From positions 5,332,001 to 5,396,000 of the forward strand of contig NC_135762.1 of NCBI RefSeq assembly GCF_052425735.1: 64,000 nucleotides of DNA, read 5' to 3'. This stretch comes from Oculina patagonica (taxonomy: Eukaryota). The notes beneath the pieces were generated by a model that was not told where the DNA came from, ran no database searches, and saw nothing but the letters and a program-made list of their open reading frames with translations. The translations under genes and the position numbers were made by a program. This document shows positions 35,601 through 45,200 of this stretch, piece by piece. Within the stretch, counting starts at the first letter, position 1. Every line of letters starts with the position of its first letter.

Positions 35601-38600
35601 TCGTTCCAGACTTGGAATGTGGTATTGTTAGCATCCAATCTGGGTAGTTGTTTACTTTCAAAGCTTGTTTCACGTGTTGGGCTTCTCTTGTTTTGTCCTC
35701 TCCTCGGTAACCAAGGTCTGGGCTCGCAGCATCAGGGTGTTAACTACAGCTCTTTTGTGTTGAAGATGATGATTTGAGTGGAAGTTCAGGTACTGATCCG
35801 TGTGCGTAGGTTTACGGTACACGGAGATCTTGGTAGAACCATCTTGGTTTACGTGTACACAGGTGTCAAGGAACGGGATTTTACCCTCCTTTTCTTTTTC
35901 CGAAGTGAACTGGATGTGCTGATCAATCGAGTTCAAGTGATCAGAGAAAGAATCGACAGCATGTTCGTGAATCTTGGCCATCGTGTCGTCAACATATCGG
36001 TACCACATAGTTGGCGGGGTCGGGGCGGTGTCCAGTGCTCTACTCTCAAACTGTTCCATGTAGAGATTAGCCACTATGGGAGAAATTGGGGACCCCATCG
36101 CAGCTCCTTGTTTCTGTTTGTAGAATTCATGCTGGTATGTGAAGTAGGTACTCGAAAGGCACATCTCAAGTAATGTGGATAATTGTGTGATATCCAGAGG
36201 GCATCTATCCGGCAGGCTACTGTCACCTTCCAGTTTCGCTTTGGTAACTGAGATGGCTTCATTAATCGGGATGCTAGTAAACAATGCAGAAACATCATAT
36301 GAAACAAGTTTCTGTCCAGGAGGTACCTCAAGCTCTGCAATCTTGTTGACAAAGTCTTCACTGTTGACGATGTGATGACCGTTGAGGCCAACAAGAGGTT
36401 TCATAATCTTAGCAAGGAACTTGGCAGTGTCGTACATCACGCTACCAATGCTGGAGACTATTGGTCGTAACGGGGCGTCCTTCTTGTGACGACACGATGG
36501 CCAAGATTCACGAACATGCTGTCGATTCTTTCTCTGATCACTTGAACTCGATTGATCAGCACATCCAGTTCACTTCGGAACAAGAAAAGGAGGGTAAAAT
36601 CCCGTTCCTTGACACCTGTGTACACGTAAACCAAGATGGTTCTACCAAGATCTCCGTGTACCGTAAACCTACGCACACGGATCAGTACCTGAACTTCCAC
36701 TCAAATCATCATCTTCAACACAAAAGAGCTGTAGTTAACACCCTGATGCTGCGAGCCCAGACCTTGGTTACCGAGGAGAGGACAAAACAAGAGAAGCCCA
36801 ACACGTGAAACAAGCTTTGAAAGTAAACAACTACCCAGATTGGATGCTAACAATACCACATTCCAAGTCTGGAACGAAAGAGCCCGAAAACGAGAAGAAA
36901 ATCTACGCTTTAGCGCCATACATCAAAGGAATTTCTGAACGCCTTCAAAGAGCGTTTAAGTCACACGAGGTCACACTTATTCATAAACCCGTAAATTCCC
37001 TGAGGTCGCAATTGGTACATGTCAAAGACAAAACGTCCAATCTAAAGAAATGCGGAACTGTGTACCAGGTTCAATGTGAACAGTGCAACAAGGAGTACGT
37101 TGGCGAAACGTCCCGTTTACTGGAAACCAGAATGAAAGAACATCAGTCGAGGAACTCGTCAGCCATTCATGAACATTGTCGACTGGAGGGCCACTCGGTA
37201 GACACAAGCAAGACAAAAGTGTTAGCCACCGAAATCAACACCTTTAAACGCCGGGTAAAAGAGGCCATTGAGATAAAACTCAGAAAACCTTTGTTAAATA
37301 GAGACAATGGTTTTGAATTAGCTCCAATTTATGACAGAATTTTAACTCCCCCGAGGCAGTGAAATGTCTTCTTAACATTCATCTTAGAAAACACCACCTC
37401 AGTGACTGATGAAGTCTGGATGATATCAGACGAAATATTTCACGCTTTTAAATTTTATTTGCGCTCCGAGTTTGAAAACATTTTTAAACCCTTTTAACTA
37501 TGTATCCGGAGCAGGAAACCAATATTTTCAATTGTATCATTGTTATCGTCATCATTATCGTTATCATAATCACTACCATTATTAACAATCCTTAAGATGC
37601 TAAATGGAGTAAAAAGCATTAACAAGATCTCTCCGTTCCTGCTGGTCCTTGGCAAGTGGTGAAGCTTGCTCCATATCTAGTCAATGTTTAGAGCCGAAGT
37701 TCTGTCTCAGCGGTCCTTCGCCAAGTGGAATTGGTACGGCCCCTTATTTTTTACCTGCTGGTGTGCTTTACAGAGAAACTTTTTATAAAATTGGAATGTC
37801 ATGCATAATTGCATGCTCGTAAAATTCTCTGCTAAAACTTTAATCTAACTAGGTATATATCTTAATTTTCTTTGTTTTTCTTCAGGTGAACTGCTTCGTC
37901 CAATCTTACCCGTTTACAGCAAGAACGACAAACGACCCGAGCTCAGCGCAGTGGCTTTTGACATTCTGGGAAATATCTACGCCGCTGACAAAGCGAACCA
38001 CAGAATACAAAAGTTTACATTCGATGGGAACTTTCTTTGCTTCATTGGAGGACTTCACGACCTACATTGCCCCATGGGGATTGTTGTCAAGAAAAACGGT
38101 GACGTCATCGTCACTGAATACGAAAATCACCGACTCAAAATCTTCAGCCAAGAGAACCTAGGGGAGAGTAAAATCATCGGCGCAAGGGGGGTAGGGGCAG
38201 GCAAGTTTGCCTGCCCAAGAGGGGTGGCGCTTGATCACAATGACAATATTTTGGTGGCAGATAGTCAGAATCACAGAATTCAAGTGGTTTCTTCGATAGG
38301 CGAACCTCTTGGGACATTCGGAATGATTGGTTCAGATCCCGGATGTCTTGATACCCCGTATGACGTTGTCATGGATGCATCCGGGAACATTATTGTAGCT
38401 GATGCTAAGAATCATAGATTGCAGGTTTTTACGAGGCTTATCCCTGTATATGCTGAGCCTGCGATGTACGATGAAGAGTACGAAGCTGCGGTTGCGACAG
38501 TTGATGGGGAAGGACTGGAAATGAATAAAGATGAAATTGCGGCGGACAATTTGGACGACGGGGTTCAACATGGGATTAACGATGTCGTTGAAACCAATGA

Positions 38601-38775
38601 AACCCCCATGAAGGTCACCATCCAGGAAAACAACGAAGAAGAACAAAATCGAAATACAGGGACTGATAAATTGCAAGTTTTAGAGGAGTCTAACAACACA
38701 GGAATTGCAAACAGTGAAGAATCTACAAAACAAGTTTCCAAAGACACCCAAGAGATGGAAATTAATAATAATTAA
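29627..38775 (+). CDS. Death effector domain + long coiled coil + NHL-repeat protein with acidic tail, 4 exons, about 739 aa
   Basis: Exons 29627-29924, 31530-32263, 34464-34761, 37886-38775 (GT-AG, phases 1/0/1 consistent). DED-like [24 protein letters not shown]...LVDEF. NHL repeats [68 protein letters not shown]. Confidence 0.85.
30868..31425. mobile_element. Two abutting MITEs rich in ACTTGCGT/ACGCAAGT repeats
   Basis: TTAA-GACCTGGCCAAACGG...CCGTTTGGCCAGGCC-TTAA followed by a second related copy. Confidence 0.65.
32568..32604 (-). ncRNA. Minimal type I hammerhead ribozyme motif (PLE1, left arm)
   Basis: Reverse complement of 34209-34245. Confidence 0.8.
33182..34029. mobile_element. PIF/Harbinger-like MITE nested in the PLE1 right arm
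   Basis: TIR GGGACTGGTC(A/T)ATAAGTA with (C)TTA duplication. The left arm shows the uninterrupted site. Confidence 0.85.
34209..34245 (+). ncRNA. Minimal type I hammerhead ribozyme motif (PLE1, right arm)
   Basis: ATCC-CTGATGA-T-GCCG-TAGAT-CGGC-GAA-AGCT-T-GGAT: stem I ATCC/GGAT, stem II GCCG/CGGC, palindromic AGCT in place of stem III. Confidence 0.8.
35035..35076 (-). ncRNA. Minimal type I hammerhead ribozyme motif (PLE2, left arm)
   Basis: Reverse complement of 37402-37443. Confidence 0.8.
35116..36488 (-). pseudogene. PLE reverse transcriptase + GIY-YIG endonuclease, 5'-truncated and frameshifted
   Basis: ORFs 35670-36440 and 35116-35673 join through a 1-nt frameshift at LVTEE. Confidence 0.9.
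36487..37362 (+). pseudogene. PLE RT C-terminal part + GIY-YIG endonuclease, same frameshift
   Basis: ORFs 36461-36808 and 36805-37362. The copy begins at the DD of YVDD. Confidence 0.9.
37402..37443 (+). ncRNA. Minimal type I hammerhead ribozyme motif (PLE2, right arm)
   Basis: GTGA-CTGATGA-A-GTCTG-GATGATAT-CAGAC-GAA-ATAT-T-TCAC: stem I GTGA/TCAC, stem II GTCTG/CAGAC, palindromic ATAT. Confidence 0.8.
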
Positions 38776-39030
38776 CAATTATTCACCAAAGTGGAGGTAA
38801 ATATCCACCACATTCACTGACGCTGAGGTGAATAATTGTTTTAGTATATACTACACAAGATGAATATCTAGCGGACCAAAACATCACTTTCGGTAAAAAA
38901 AAAAGCGACACACGAAGGCAGTTTGTTTCTCTTTAGCTGCTCGGAGGTGAATAAAACATTGCTAATCACCTCCGAGTTAACCAATCAGCGCACGCGAAAA
39001 GCACTATTCACTTGTGTGGTATATACTAAC
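38768..39030. mobile_element. Short non-autonomous repeat abutting the stop codon of the DED-NHL gene
   Basis: AACAATTATTCACCAAAGTGG...GGTGAATAATTGTT followed by TTAGTATATACTACACAAG...CTTGTGTGGTATATACTAA. A related inverted copy lies at about 15310-15850. Confidence 0.6.
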
Positions 39031-39577
39031 AACATATGACGAAATCAGAATGAGATTGAAAATCGGAGGCGTTTATTAGAAAAACTGACAATTATGTTAT
39101 TGCTGGAATTGTTTTTGACAGGTTCAAGTCATGCTGTAATTTTCAGACTCTCTAGTTCTCGGTACTGGATGATGAGTCCAAAGAAACGCTTTCAATGAAT
39201 TGTAAGTAACCTGGGTTTGACATTATAATGTGCCTCGTGTTTACTACAGAGTGGAACCGTTAAATTTATAACTCTGAAAATCCTCCGCGTTTTACTTGGG
39301 CTGAAAATCTATGTATTTCTCGAGACGACTCTTTTTTCAGTTAGAAATAACTAGCTCAGATTCGCCAGAATAAACCTGCATTTTATGGACTACATTTTGT
39401 TTCCTTGGGAAAACTTCGTTATGATACAAACAATAAATAATTACCATAAGTCCGTGTTGTTAATTGTGTGCTTCCTTTCCGATGCGCTCATGTATTTTAC
39501 GGAATCTGTTTCTCCTGTTATAAGTTCCCCGCGAAAGCTTGTTTTCACTTCATTTTTTACTAGTTTTGCTATGGCGA

Positions 39578-41820
39578 TCACTCTGCTTCATTTTCAACCG
39601 CGTCTTTATTTTCTGATTCATTCTCCGTGATTGCCAGCCATGGTTCTTGTTGTAGCTGTTCTACTGTTATTCTCTCGGCTAAATTCCACTGTAGCATTTT
39701 ATGTATGACAGCTTTGACTGGGTCAGGAACGTTAACCTTAGAAGGGAAATTGACCCGGCGATGGACTTGTTGTAGAAGACTGCGTAAATTGGAGTCATCG
39801 AACGGCAATCGGCCACAAATCATGGTGTAAAGAATCACACCCATGCTCCACACGTCCGCGAGCGTTGCGTCATAAGCAATACCTACATAGATGACAATAA
39901 ATATGGGTTATTGACTATAAGCGTGAGGATCAAGATGGTGGGATAGTAGATAAGTTCTTTTCTTTTGCGTGTTTATGGACCTAGACAAAGTCGAACAAGC
40001 TTGGTCAATAAACAAGCGAGTAAGACCCTGCATTATACTAAGTTAACCTAAACAGGGTCTTACATCAATGGTTCAGTTAGCACAAATTTAGACTATTTAT
40101 GTAAGGTTCTAACTAGGTTCGTATTTTCGGAAGAAAAATTTACGTTGCTGTAAATAGAGTTTTTAGTGGTATTCAGCCTTTTCCTTTTATTTATATTTTT
40201 GATTGTATCAATAACGTTTTGATTTTCAACTTGGGCATTTCCATTGCAACTGGAGTGATAAGAATCCTAGGTGTCTCCAAAGAGAATCCAGAATGTCGAC
40301 TTCCCTTATTTCACTTAAAGTAAACATTTTAAATCAATTTGAGAAAATAAGAAACTATTTCCAAATTTAAGGCTAAACAGGTGCTCGGTAAAGATGGTGT
40401 CTAACTGGCAAATTTTAGCCTAAAAGGTTTCTAAAAAATTAGGTTATACTCGCAGGTTTTGTCGTGATTGGATTAAACAATGAAGTGAATGGATTTAGTT
40501 GACTGACAAGTTTTAAGATTGAAAATATTTTTATTTGCGCAAAATTTCAGCGCGAGAGCCAGCGGCAACAACAACAAATTTGCGGGAAAATTGCGGGCAA
40601 TCCCGAACGGCTATGATAGGCCTAGACTGCAAAATAGTCGTTTTTTCTCTAAAGTCGTTGGAAAAGCGCTTATCGAAGGCGTTCACTGCCCACAGTCTCA
40701 CAGTTTTGACATTGGCTCCAGACCTCTCGCTCTCGTTCGAAGACCGAGCGTGTTCGCAAAAGATACGACTGTTTTGCAGTCTATGATAGGCCCATCTTAG
40801 CCTGCGTAGCAGGCGCCTGTGTAGTTTTTTTAAACGCGTTTAAAAAAGAGCGCGATCGCGAGAAACCTAGGCCCAACTTTCTTACGTTGCTTTCATAATT
40901 TTGTGTTTTAACACGTGATTTAATAGTGTATACCGGTAATTGGTGGGAGCATAATTTAGCTTTAATCACAGTATCCCCCTGCAAACACTTCACAAGAACC
41001 ACACCCAAGTCAAATTACGCGGTAGTCCTATATATCTTAGGCGCGCTTTAAGAATCCTTTGCATCATATCTAGATTCTTTTTAAAAAATAAATCTAAGCC
41101 TTTATCTAGAAAGAAGCCACTACGTTTCCTACCTTTAAGTATTTCCGGAGGCGCATAAGCATAAGAGCCACAATAAGTATGGCAAAGTTTTCGCTTTCCA
41201 GTAGCTGAGGTCAAATTATCGCGCGCAAATCCAAAGTCAGATATAACAATATTCTTTTCTTTGTCCAGCAGCAGATTCTCGCACTTGAGATCTCGGTGCA
41301 CCACATCTTGGCCGTGAACGTAAGTGATTCCAACAACGAGCTGCTGGAACAAATTTTTCGCTGTTGCTTCGGGCATTGCCCCGTACTTCCTGATATACTC
41401 TAAAAGATCGCCACTTTCTGCTAGGTCAGTGATAATGTACATCCTGGTGTTAGTCTCTATAACCTCGATCAGTGAAATGACATGAGGGTGGCGAAGCCTT
41501 TTGAGGACTTTGATCTCACGAGGCAGAAATTTCGATAAAAAATCCTCCGGTGCCTTCTTTTTGCATATGATTTTGACGGCAACATACTTTTTGTGTCTTC
41601 TTGAGTATGCTTTCCTGACAACCGCGTACGATCCTTTCCCAAGAATGTCTCCAAGCTGATAGCCATACCGCTCAAGCAACGCAGTCACACCAGCTAGTGG
41701 GTTTTCTGTGCGACTTGTATTTGAATCTGGTTTTTCAGACTTCTCCGAGTTCGAAACAGCATCTGATTTGCGTTTGGAATCTTGCCCCGCCTCAGGGCTT
41801 TGATCTGGATTGTCAGACAT
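39578..41820 (-). CDS. TSSK: Testis-specific serine/threonine kinase (TSSK1/2-like), 2 exons
   Basis: Exons 41820-41133 and 39882-39578. Motifs LGKGSYAVV, KKAPEDFLSKFLPREI, HRDLKCENLLL, DFGFAR, TYCGSYAYAPPEILKGIAYD...DVWSMGVILYTMICGRLPFDDSN. Confidence 0.92.
40623..40783. mobile_element. MITE, 9-bp TSD TGATAGGCC
   Basis: TIR TAGACTGCAAAA(T/C)AGTCGT. TSD at 40614-40622 and 40784-40792. Confidence 0.88.
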
Positions 41821-42261
41821 TTACGATTTACCATTTGAGCAGGTCTGACTTTAGGGAGACATTCTACATCCCTCCTCACTTGATCTTATTTGCAATTCTC
41901 AAAGATAATTGTCTCCCAATTGTTCCATTTATTATAGTTATGACGTCACACTTATTAATCAAAAGTTTATTAACAAATTAATTAATCGATTATCAGAAAA
42001 CTAATAAACAGTGACGTGAAATCCTTTGAGGAAAATACAAACAATATACAATACAAACCAGAAATCTATTTTCAAAGTTTTCTTTTTTCCCGCAAAATTC
42101 TGCTGTTTTAGTTAAGCTCGTAACCATAGAAACCAGTCATGCGCCATGCACGCCGAGCCACCGATCTGACTGCTTTCGTTGCAATCAAGAAAGACGAGGG
42201 AAAAGTTGAAGGCAAGAAAAAGACTCAAAAACATTCTAATAGGTCCAAGAAAAGCTGTAAA
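41821..42261. promoter_or_regulatory. Bidirectional promoter for TSSK and CCDC169 with a CRE and an RFX X-box-like site
   Basis: 441 bp between divergent ATGs. TGACGTCA at 41941-41948 and GTAACCATAGAAAC at 42120-42133. Confidence 0.55.
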
Positions 42262-45200
42262 ATGAGCACGCCTCGCGGCTCTAAGCCGCAACAGCAGCAA
42301 CAAGCGCCAAGAACGGAGTTGGACTACGAAATCGAACGACTGAAAGCGGAGATTCAACAGGAACGTCAAATGAAGTAAGTGTGATCATGATCTAAGTCAT
42401 GGACTTTGATTTCTTAGACTTAAGCTTTCTCTACCCTCTCTTAACAATTTGTTACACGAAGCTACATTTCGTGATTATCTCTGACTTTTATTTTTGCTTT
42501 TAAATTATGATTAAAACTCACTTAGCAACTGTTAATGAACTTGCCAGCCCAGGGAATCTCCTTTGGATGTTGTCAGTGTGGATTTCAATCAGACGGAACC
42601 TGTTTATCGTGGGTTCGAAATCAATAGAAAACCTAAAACCCTTAAAATAAAACAGAATGAAAATAACTATAACTATATGTAGATTGATAGAATGGCTCGT
42701 ATTTTTGTGTTTCTTGGGGAGACATTCTTCGTTCCGTTTATAAATTAAACAACCTGCAAATTTGTTTCTAATCAAGGGAAATGTTGGAACAGTCATCCGT
42801 TGAGCTTGAGAATACAATCACTGATTTGGAAGAGAAAAACGACCATGTTGAAGATGAAGGTAACAGTTTACTTGTTTTTATTATGAAACCCTTGGTGAAT
42901 CTACTCTGATTTACTGCACCTGGTTGTTGATTTATCCAGTGGATAGCATTATCTGCTCTTTTGAAAACCAAGTTTACATTAGGTAGAAATGGGTTACAAA
43001 ATGATTGGAAGTGGTAATAAGTCCTTGACAACTACGGAAAGTCCTCAAACTACACAGAAGACTAAAACTCAATTAATGAAGGGGGAAAAAACTACAAATT
43101 GGGAACAGAAAAAATTATCCCAAAAACCATAATTTTCTCTTTCTTAAGCTGGCGACGCACTTGGCAATTTTATTCGCCGATTGTGGCGAATTTGATTGCC
43201 AGCGATCCGTGAATAAAATCGCAGATGTCTGACATGCCAGGTATCAGCAATTTATAAAATCGCAATTGCTGCACTGGGCACACTTGGCAATTTTTGTGAT
43301 CGGTGATCGGCGAATAAAATCGCCAAGTGTGTCGCCGACTTTACACCATACATCATTCTTAATCTGATCAGCTAATAAACTACACGTGACAAATCACAGT
43401 TTATTATTAAAGTTCAATTACAATAAATAATTAGTGCTCAGACTCTAGAGAAGCCAATAAAACAGATGAGGCCCTGTCAGGGTTTTAGGATTATGGATTA
43501 TTAGCGGTTTTTAGAGAAGGGATATGGATTATTGGTCTGTAAATTAAAGAATTATAGATTATTTGCATTGTATTTAAAAACTAGTGATACCTATCGGTAG
43601 AAATGCCAACGAGTACAACGGGACGCTTTATGATTTTGGTCGATCAATAAACATTGCGCGTTTTCTTTGAAAATCTTGAATGCTTATGGAATAAAATGCG
43701 ATTTTATGAAGGCTAACAAAAAGTTCCAAAATAATACCAAAGTAGTGAAGATTTAGTGAGAAATCTTGTAAACTTCATGCTATTTGCGAGTTTCAAGCCA
43801 TTGTTGTCCGATGCCGCTATTTTGGAAAGGTTTCTGCTGTTTTAAAGTCCTATAGGTCTTAATCAAAGTGGCTATGAGCCACTGAACACGAAAAATAAAT
43901 TACGAAACAAAAAGCAAATTTTTACAAAGATTTGCCAAAACAAAGCATTTCAAACTTTCCACACTGCAGTTGAATCCATTCAGCACATAGGTATTAAAAA
44001 AATTGAGGTTTTAAAAGGTAAAAGCCTGGTCGGACAAGTTTGTGGCCAAAGATGGAACAAGTTTATTTTATTATTCCGAGAATAATTCATCACGCGCAAT
44101 GCGTGATGTCTCAAATATCACGTTGAATTGTTGTTGTTGAGACACTGCAAATTGCGTTCGGGCAACCAGCTTTTAGGAAAATTAAAGGCCCTGTTTCCCG
44201 AGGAAAAAAACGCCGAAGTATCCAGGAAAAAATGTAGTATAGGGAATTTATTTTATAAATTCGAGAAACGAAATAAAACTCTCTTCTGATTGATAAAATC
44301 TGTGTTGTTTACTTTGCCAGACCTAACTTAATTACGCATGCAAATTTGTATGACTTCGAAATTTTCGAAGCTTTGGAAATCTTGAAGCTTTGGAATGCAT
44401 TTCTTACCTTCATCTTAAATGAAATTAAATTCTAAACAAAGTTTAATTCAAGTTTCTTTCGTATTTCAATCTCTAGTTCGGGAATTTTGGCTTTTTGAAG
44501 CGAACAGATTTGAAACCTCTTTGTTATCTGAGACGCATCGTGTCTGGGAATTTTAGTTGCCAATAACTCATGCATGTGCTAAACAAATTAGTAGCGCGCT
44601 GATTGGCCAAACTACAACAAAGTGTGCACGTGCTGAATTGTGTCGTCACGATCTACCTTACATTACATTACTTACATTTCTCGACATTTGGAGTGTTTCT
44701 GAGATTTTTTTCGCATGTACAAATCTTCTCGCGGCTCTATGATCTGCCGCCTCGTCAGGCCTTCTGGTCTTCCAGAAGGCCTGACTCGTTGGCAATTAGG
44801 GATTATTATTGGTCGTTGTCTCTAGGAATAATATGTTTTTATAATATAAAATTGGAATACAGAATATTTCAATAATTAAAGATAGAAACTTCACGGACAG
44901 TTACTCAGAGTTTCACGCACGAAGCGATCATCAGACTGTGCCGTTAGATGCGGTGAAATACAATTTAAACTACGTTCATGGAGGGCGGTTGGAACCTAGT
45001 TTTGAAACTATGTTCAAGAACCATAAATTTTCCTTCAAACATCGCAAGCATTCACACGACACTGTGCTGTCAAAGTACATTTGGGACCTGAAAGACAACA
45101 ACACCGAATTTTCGATCAAGTGGTCCATTGTCACGAGAGCAAGCGCTTACAGGGGAAACCCGTCACGCTGTAATTTGTGTCTGACGGAGAAGCTCTGCAT

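Larger units (their letters stand above)
34982..37535. mobile_element. Penelope-like element 2 (Penelope/Poseidon-like): two 5'-truncated copies joined as an inverted pair
   Basis: Minus copy 34982-36488 ([54 protein letters not shown]). Plus copy 36487-37535. 1010-bp arms at 34982-35991 and 36487-37496. 39-nt tail. TSD ATCATTGTTATC at 34970-34981 and 37536-37547. Confidence 0.95.
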
